A stretch of DNA of 64,000 nt from Schizochytrium sp. TIO01 (Eukaryota; Protista; Bigyra: Labyrinthulomycetes), in NCBI GenBank assembly GCA_004764695.1, contig SMSO01000037.1:1650747-1714746 (forward strand), in the 5' to 3' direction. Positions within the stretch are counted from its first letter, which is position 1. The number at the start of each line of letters is the position of its first letter. The translations under genes were made by a program, and so were the position numbers. The notes below the pieces were generated by a model that saw nothing but the letters and a program-made list of their open reading frames with translations, searched no databases and was not told the DNA's origin. Of the stretch, positions 57,495 through 64,000 are shown piece after piece.

Positions 57495-60400
57495 ATGTCT
57501 GAATCACAAGGCTGGAACGCCTTGGTGGTACTGGTAGAGTGCTCTGTGAACCTTGGCTCGGCAACTCAATCTCAGACTGCCTCGCGCGTGCGCGATTTGC
57601 TCCTTGTGGCGGCACATGGCAACACACCAAGCGATTTGACACCACGCAGTGCCTCCAATGCTTCTGATAATAGTCTTTACGTGGTAATCAAACGCGCAGA
57701 ACTTGAAGAAAAGGGTGGTAATGATGCTAAATCCCTGGCAGCGGCCTTGCGCCAGCGCTTGAAACAGGATCGAATTAAGGTCCTTGCAAGACGTCAAAAA
57801 GAGTCCAAACATGAATCTGATGACATCCAAGCCAAATTAAGCAAGCGCTCGGCCGGTACACAGCACGAAGACTGTGTCGACAACACGACTAGTGAATTTA
57901 TTGAAGAACATCTTGAAGTGGACGACACAATCCGTGTTGGACCGAGTGAAGAAGATCTAAATGCTGCTCGTAAAGTTCTTGGTATTTCAGATCTGGAGGC
58001 AGCTCCTGATAAAATTTATCTCTTATCGGATTACCCCTCGACTGCGGAAGAAGCTTCATTCCTAATCGCAAGCGCTACAAATGACCAAGTCCTCGATGTT
58101 GTTTTAGAGCTAAGAGGTCCTGTACAAGAAGTTGCTTATACAGCCCCAGTAAGGAGTGAATCTCAGAGCACCCTTCACGGGGAAGGCGGTGCATCAAAAA
58201 GTATAAGTGGCGGTAGCCTCGATCACTCAACAAGCGTAGCTTCCTTTTCTCCGTTTGCAGACCTTGTGGCTTCTGCAGCATCTCTTCCAGTGTTAACTGT
58301 CAATCACATCTCCAGTCATGCAAGCTTAGCAAAAAGTGAAAATGGTGATCAGCTGCATGGTAGCGATTCTAGATCGTCATTTGAAGAAACACGTTCAATT
58401 GTTATGGAAGCGTTAGCACCACCGTTTGATGGAAGTGGTCCATCACTTTCCAGCCCTGTCATCATGGCTCTGCGTACAGCCCGAGCAGAAGCAAAAGGTC
58501 CAGGTTGGCGTGATATCGTGTTCATGGAGATGGATGTGGCCCCACGCGATATGACGAAAACTGTAGATTTATCAGAATACAAGCCTCTTGCATTACTGGA
58601 CAAATTCAGTTGCATTACACGAAGTCTTGCTATGGAAAAGCACCGTTTCCTTGCGTACGTCCGTCTCTGTGAGCATGTAAGAATTCCACGTACTACAGGT
58701 GGCAATAGTAGAGAGTTAGAAGAACTCATGTCGTCCTACAACAAGCTTTGTCAGATGCAACCTGTGTATTCAATTGCGGCAATTTTAGAGGCTATGGTGG
58801 GTGCTATTGCAAGTGAGGACCCAAGCGAGCATACCCACAGTCATTCCTACAAAGCTGGAGAAACGCGCCTTTTTCACTATGGTGACCGCTGTGGAATGCA
58901 GGCTGCGAACGGTGAAGACGGGCATCTCCACCATCATTTGGAGCGCGATCATGCCCATTGGCGACTTGTCCCCACGCCTGGTGGCGTAGGTCGACAGCAG
59001 ATGCCACGTTGGCCAGGTCTAGACAATCAGTCTCAAAATCTATTACATTCGCAGTATGCCACGTTTCATTCGCTCAGTGTTACGCGCGAGGAATTAGTAC
59101 GGAGTATCCAAATGTTTGAGCGCATGCTCACGGATGCTGACCCTCCAGGGGGCGTTCGGACTGCGTGGGACTTCTCAGATTGGACTTGCTTGCGTCCCAT
59201 GGACGAGGTTTCCGTCCCACAGCAACTTGGGACAGCTCTTGCAGAAGAACCCTTGCTTCTAAAAAAGTACATGCCGCGTTTTGATAAAATGCTAGTTGCG
59301 TTGCATCGTCGAACGCCAATCGGCCGTAAATGCAAAGTGAGGCGCTCCGCATTTGCCCATACAAACCTACGCCCAACCTTTAGTGAGTGGCCTCATTTGG
59401 ATTTGCGCCAGCGCCCATGTATTTACGATGTTGACGCAGAACCTCTGAGAGCTTTGGAACAAGACACAGACATGTTTTTTCCATGTGATGGGTCTGTTAT
59501 TCGAGTTGAAAGACTTTTAGCTAATAAGGGGTGTGCGTGGTGCACTGTTAATCGTGATGGACATCGGTTTGGATTACGGCAGAATTCTACAAACACTTCA
59601 GCAAATTTCTTTGCAACGTTTGAAGATGGTGGATCTTTGCAAGTTCTCCGCGGAGTAAACTGGCCAAATAAACCCGACAAGCTTCCAACAATGGTATCAG
59701 AATACACATGCCCTGATGGCCTCCGTGTACAGCACTGTAGTAACGGAGTGATTCGCATGAGCTCTCCTGAGTGGTCTTCTCGGGAGGTAGAGCGAATTGT
59801 GCAAGATAGAGGAACAGTAGTATCATTTTTAACTAATGGGCAATCACGTGTCTTGTACGCAAGTGGAGACATGACATTCTACCAAGGAAAGAATAAGGAA
59901 GAAGCTTTGAATATTCCCATGCATGACAATGGCAAAGTCTGTACACGTATTGACTTCGAGAGTGGTGCAACGGTAGTACAGCGCTTCAAGCATCCTGAGG
60001 AGGGAGCAATCGACGGTGAACCTCCTGTAGTAGAAGTGCTTCTGATTCATCACCTTGATGGAACACGTTTGGTATGTCATGCAGATGGAACTCGAATTTT
60101 GACGAGTACTGATGGTGTTGTCCGTGTCGAAGCCCCTGCGTTGGCGACTGTCAAAATTCAAGCAGCAGCAGAAACTGTGTGTTACGGGCATTCCGTTGGA
60201 GGACGAGTAGATATTTCGCGGGGAGGGCATGTTCTAAGAAGCAGTACGCTAATTCCTGACGCCACTGTGGTACAAATCGAGTATGATACTCGTGTTACTG
60301 CCAAGGTGAATGGGCACCTTCGTGTGATTAAACCTGATGGAACGTCGGTGCACGTTACAGATGAAGGTAAGGTTTCATGGAGTTCCTGGGATATGTCTTC

Positions 60401-61419
60401 GCAGTTCGAGCAGAAGCGTCAACCAGATGAAGAGATGCCAGACCCTGCGATCGGATGTTTTCTATTCGATTGTGACTCTGCTTCTCTACGCATGCAAGAT
60501 GCGGAGAGAAATATCTTCGAGTTGACACATGTGACAAATTCTCAACAAGTGACCGACAATGTCAGCTTGTCTGGGATCCTTTGATCCTGTAAAGGCTGTA
60601 ATTAACAATGCGTTACGTCCTCGACTCTTTATTCTTGATGGAAAGGGATCAGGATGGGAATTTGTGCAACCTGAGCAGCTGGAACGTGAAAGAATGCGAA
60701 TTGCAAGATCGTGCCGAGGGCAGTTTCAACAGTCAGACTCTGCTCACGGGAACATTTCGGCAGACGATAGTGAGGCACGTTACATGGATACTGTAAAAAT
60801 CGACTTGAGCTCGTGTCTTGGGCAGCTCAAAGCAACAGACCATTTAATTCCCAAAATTGTTCACAGCGATACTCAATTTGCTCATTTTGAGGCTTCCAAG
60901 ACCATGCCAAAAGATAATGCCTCTCCGATTGAGAAGCTTCGCAAGGTCCTTGTTGATACAGTTTTAAGGTTGCCAAGTGTGTCTGAGGATGAACGAGAGC
61001 AACTTCTGGATGCAGATGTGAAAATAAAAGAATGGCGGTCTGCGGTGAGTGCCAAGGAGAACCGTTTTAATGTCGACGACCCACGATCTGAGGATGCTGT
61101 AGCTGAGGAGCGCAAGATTCAGGTTTTGATCTCCAAGGAACGTAAGAAACTTGCGAAAGCTGCTGCCAAGGCCCGGTCTGTCAGTGATGCGCAGTCTATT
61201 CCAGTGCTAGATCACGCTTTAGAAGCGTCTACCCTGATGTCGGAGCTTTCTCCCGATGATCGACCCGAGACTGCGTCTACTTATGGCATGATCATGCATG
61301 GAGAGGAGCCCCAGCACGAGGCAGAGGAAAAAAGCAGCAGTACGGAGGGACGCCCTCCCCGCCCAGGAGCCCGAAATGCACCATTAGCAAGTGGTCTGAA
61401 GTATGTGTTCCCCATGTAA
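57495..61419 (+). CDS. SPAG17/PF6-like flagellar central-pair protein; frame break (+1) at 60579-60584; 3' end uncertain
   Basis: Repeated beta-hairpin xxDGT motifs (HLDGTRLVCHADGTRI, KPDGT); the downstream frame carries RPRLFILDGKGSGWEF, similar to a SPAG17 motif as I recall it; the two ORFs overlap by 26 nt. Confidence 0.62.
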
Positions 61420-62068
61420 ATGTTCGTATGCCAGTCATGCTACGCACAGTATAACGTAATACTGGTGGACAAGTATTTGTGTCAAGATGCGCCGATTGAC
61501 TTTTCCTTTCCTCAAAAAGTCTCTCAAGTAAAACCTGATCATATGAGATATCATTATCAACTCTAGTTATCCAAAATCACGTTCATTGATCTATAATCAT
61601 TATCTTTTAGAAGCTAAGCCAAGAGGCAGGCAACCTGTGCCATCTATTATCTCTATACAGTGCTACTAGGCTTTATCATCCTACGGCACAATATCTCAAC
61701 ATGAAGTAGTGCGAAGGGAAAACACGAGCTTCACAAAGACAAAATCCACGAGGTCAGTCTCAGGCTCGAAGAGGGCTTAATCACCTTGCGTGTCTACATG
61801 CAATTGAGTGCCTCCCAGACGTACAGCATGCGGCGCTCCTAGCTAGCAGTACAAACAAAGTACATCTCCCCTCGTAGCAGCCTTCACACCAGCAACCTTA
61901 AAGACCTGGTCAAGATTCCTGTGTCAAGAAGTCTTAATATTCTTACACTTGTTTTCGTGTCGTTGCAGGTTCCTCGTTGCTTTAACAATGTTGGCAGGAA
62001 CTGTTAGGCAGCGAAAATTAGCTGCATTTGATGAAAGAATAGCAAAGCAAAACAAAGCAGACGAAGCA

Positions 62069-62737
62069 TTAAAGCCCCCATCCAGCAAGTTCATACCAGA
62101 GAATAAGGCATATGCAGACGGCAATGACCAATGCCAAAATGGTATTGTCCCTCGTGCGTTTGTCCTGGATGCGTCTAATGAGAGTATTTACGCCTGGAAC
62201 TCTGCGTCCCATGTCGACAAGACGGTCTGTGGTTCCCATAAAGCGTCTGCGCTGGCTGAGTAGCTCTCCATGGACTGCTGATGCTTGGTCGATAATAGCG
62301 GCTGCTGCGTTAGTGGCATTGTGGATAGACTCGCCCTCTCGCATCAGCAGTGACTCAGCGTCGCGATCAGCAGAGCCCCCGGGTCCTGTGCCGCGCGCCA
62401 TAAACTTTTGAAGCGAAAGTGCTTCGCGTCGCTCGCGAAGTCTGCGTTGGGCGGTTCGAAAGACTGCTGTCTGGTCGCGCAAGATCTCACGAATGCGCTG
62501 GATCTGCGCGGCGCTCGTTGCAGGGCGATCAGCAGCGGTGCAGGAGACAAGACTGTCCACAGAGTCCGAGAGACTGCGCAGGAGTCCTTCGGCGTCTCTC
62601 TCCAGGTCGCGCTCACCGTCGCTCACGAACTCAGGATCGCCAGCATCCACGTCAAGACGAGCGTATCGTGCTAATGTAGACTCCAACGCAGACTCCTGCG
62701 CCTTCGCGGAACGACGAAGGTCCGCCCATGACTGCAT
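62069..62737 (-). CDS. GOS1: Golgi Qb-SNARE GOS1/GOSR1
   Basis: SWADLRRSAK..ES, LMREGESI, QRRRF, PGVNTLIRRIQDKRTRDNTIL plus a C-terminal TM; first ATG at 62737. Confidence 0.9.
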   Translation of the reverse strand: MQSWADLRRSAKAQESALESTLARYARLDVDAGDPEFVSDGERDLERDAEGLLRSLSDSVDSLVSCTAADRPATSAAQIQRIREILRDQTAVFRTAQRRLRERREALSLQKFMARGTGPGGSADRDAESLLMREGESIHNATNAAAAIIDQASAVHGELLSQRRRFMGTTDRLVDMGRRVPGVNTLIRRIQDKRTRDNTILALVIAVCICLILWYELAGWGL

Positions 62738-64000
62738 CTTTTGAGTTCGCAAGGTGTGCGCGGCAGGGTAGAGACAGCACAAAGGCGCAGATCAGCGCGA
62801 AAGATTTGATTCACTTCTGAGAGGCGTGACTCACATACGCATGATTTTACTCATAAAGAAAGAGAATCAACAAATTCGAACGATATAATCATTAAGACGC
62901 ATACTTACCTACTTAGTACTAGTACCTGCTCTTGTGATTCAAGTTGATAGTTGATGCCCTTGGTCCGAGATGATCGTCATCTGCCGCGCTGTACTCTTGA
63001 AACTAGAGAAATCCACGAGATGTTAAATGAAGTTGATGTGTGGCGTAGCTCAAAACCAGTCGAAAAGGTCTTCTTGGGACGAAATTGGTTAAAGTGAGAG
63101 TGTGCGTTGAAGTATGATGATTACCTTTTGGCACACATTTACACAGAGCTCGTACATGGCCAGCAGCCTAGCTAGAGCTAGAATGAGCGCAGTCTCATAC
63201 TTTGCCAGCTTTGCTTAGGTTTCGTGTTAGTGGTCAAGATTATCTCGAAATGATTTTGCTTATGTGCTAGCACACTTGTGCTACCAACTTTATAGCCTTT
63301 TATTCATAAGGAAACTTGAGGCGGCCGGCTCCTCAATGATTTCTTGATGATCGTACTACCTATCAGATGACTATGATGATGGTGATGATGGTGGTGGAGT
63401 AGGTGAGATGCTGATGCAAGTTAAACGTTGCGGATTGGGTGAAGAGTGACTGGAGACTATACTACAACTTGGAAAACGAGATAGGTCTGTACTTGTAGTA
63501 TATGTGCGCACCTACCTAGACACCTTGCGCTCTGATCGCAATAATTTTGTCACTGAGCTGTGCTTGCGTTTGAAGACCTATATTCGACGCAACTTTCCGA
63601 TACAGAATTGATCACAATATCCATATCTCTCAAGGCCAACTTTGTGTATTCGTACCTCGCGAGCAGAATCAAGGCGAATGAACTGTACATTTTCATTGCG
63701 TCGCAGCAGCAGTCACATGGTGGTCTAGATTTTATTACCTTCAAGTTGTCCAGTAGTCTTGAGGTTTTGGTCGACCGTGTTACTTATGCTATAACAGTTT
63801 GGCCCTCGGAGCACAATAATCAGTGAGAAAAAAGCACTACCTAGTACATAGGAGTACAATCCACAAGTCAATTGCTCACCCAAGCACCCCTACAACCGCC
63901 AGACTTCGATGTGCCAGCTCATAACCAGTTACACTGCTACCTAGAATGCAGTTTCCTTGCATGATAAATGAGAGATTTCCTGACACCTGTCAGACTGCCA

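Noticed and set aside
62901-62915. ATACTTACCT, like the U1 snRNA 5' end
   Set aside because: U1 stem-loops and Sm site are not present downstream
62954-63175. Short ORF with one in-frame TGA (63095) as a possible selenoprotein
   Set aside because: No recognisable selenoprotein fold or redox motif, and no convincing SECIS downstream

Overview
Eukaryotic, intron-poor nuclear DNA. The long microsatellite-rich intergenic tracts, flagellar genes and overall gene style suggest a stramenopile protist, probably a labyrinthulomycete/thraustochytrid; this is an inference, not a database result. About 16 protein-coding genes are supported: PGM2-family phosphomutase, LSG1 GTPase, BSD-domain protein, two-RRM hnRNP/Musashi-like protein, a small hypothetical protein, a PH-TM-CRAL/TRIO protein convergent with a START-TM protein, a spliced beta-carbonic anhydrase, TEX9-like, ECH1-like isomerase (one frame break), an ankyrin-like protein, a membrane-anchored JmjC protein, a hypothetical protein, a three-exon RPB10 absent from the ORF track, ARP4, a SPAG17/PF6-like gene broken at a CTT-TGA site, and a GOS1 SNARE. 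I saw no tRNA, rRNA, CRISPR array or intact mobile element by eye. The best leads are: the lipid-transfer gene pair with an unusual PH-hairpin-Sec14 architecture; a prfB-like +1 shift site in the SPAG17-like gene, where assembly error is the main alternative; a Myb3R/MSA-type motif upstream of both flagellar genes; a shared extended branch point GTTGACTAAC; a hairpin/palindrome cluster near 27.1-27.4 kb; and several decayed coding remnants. None is a proven new system.
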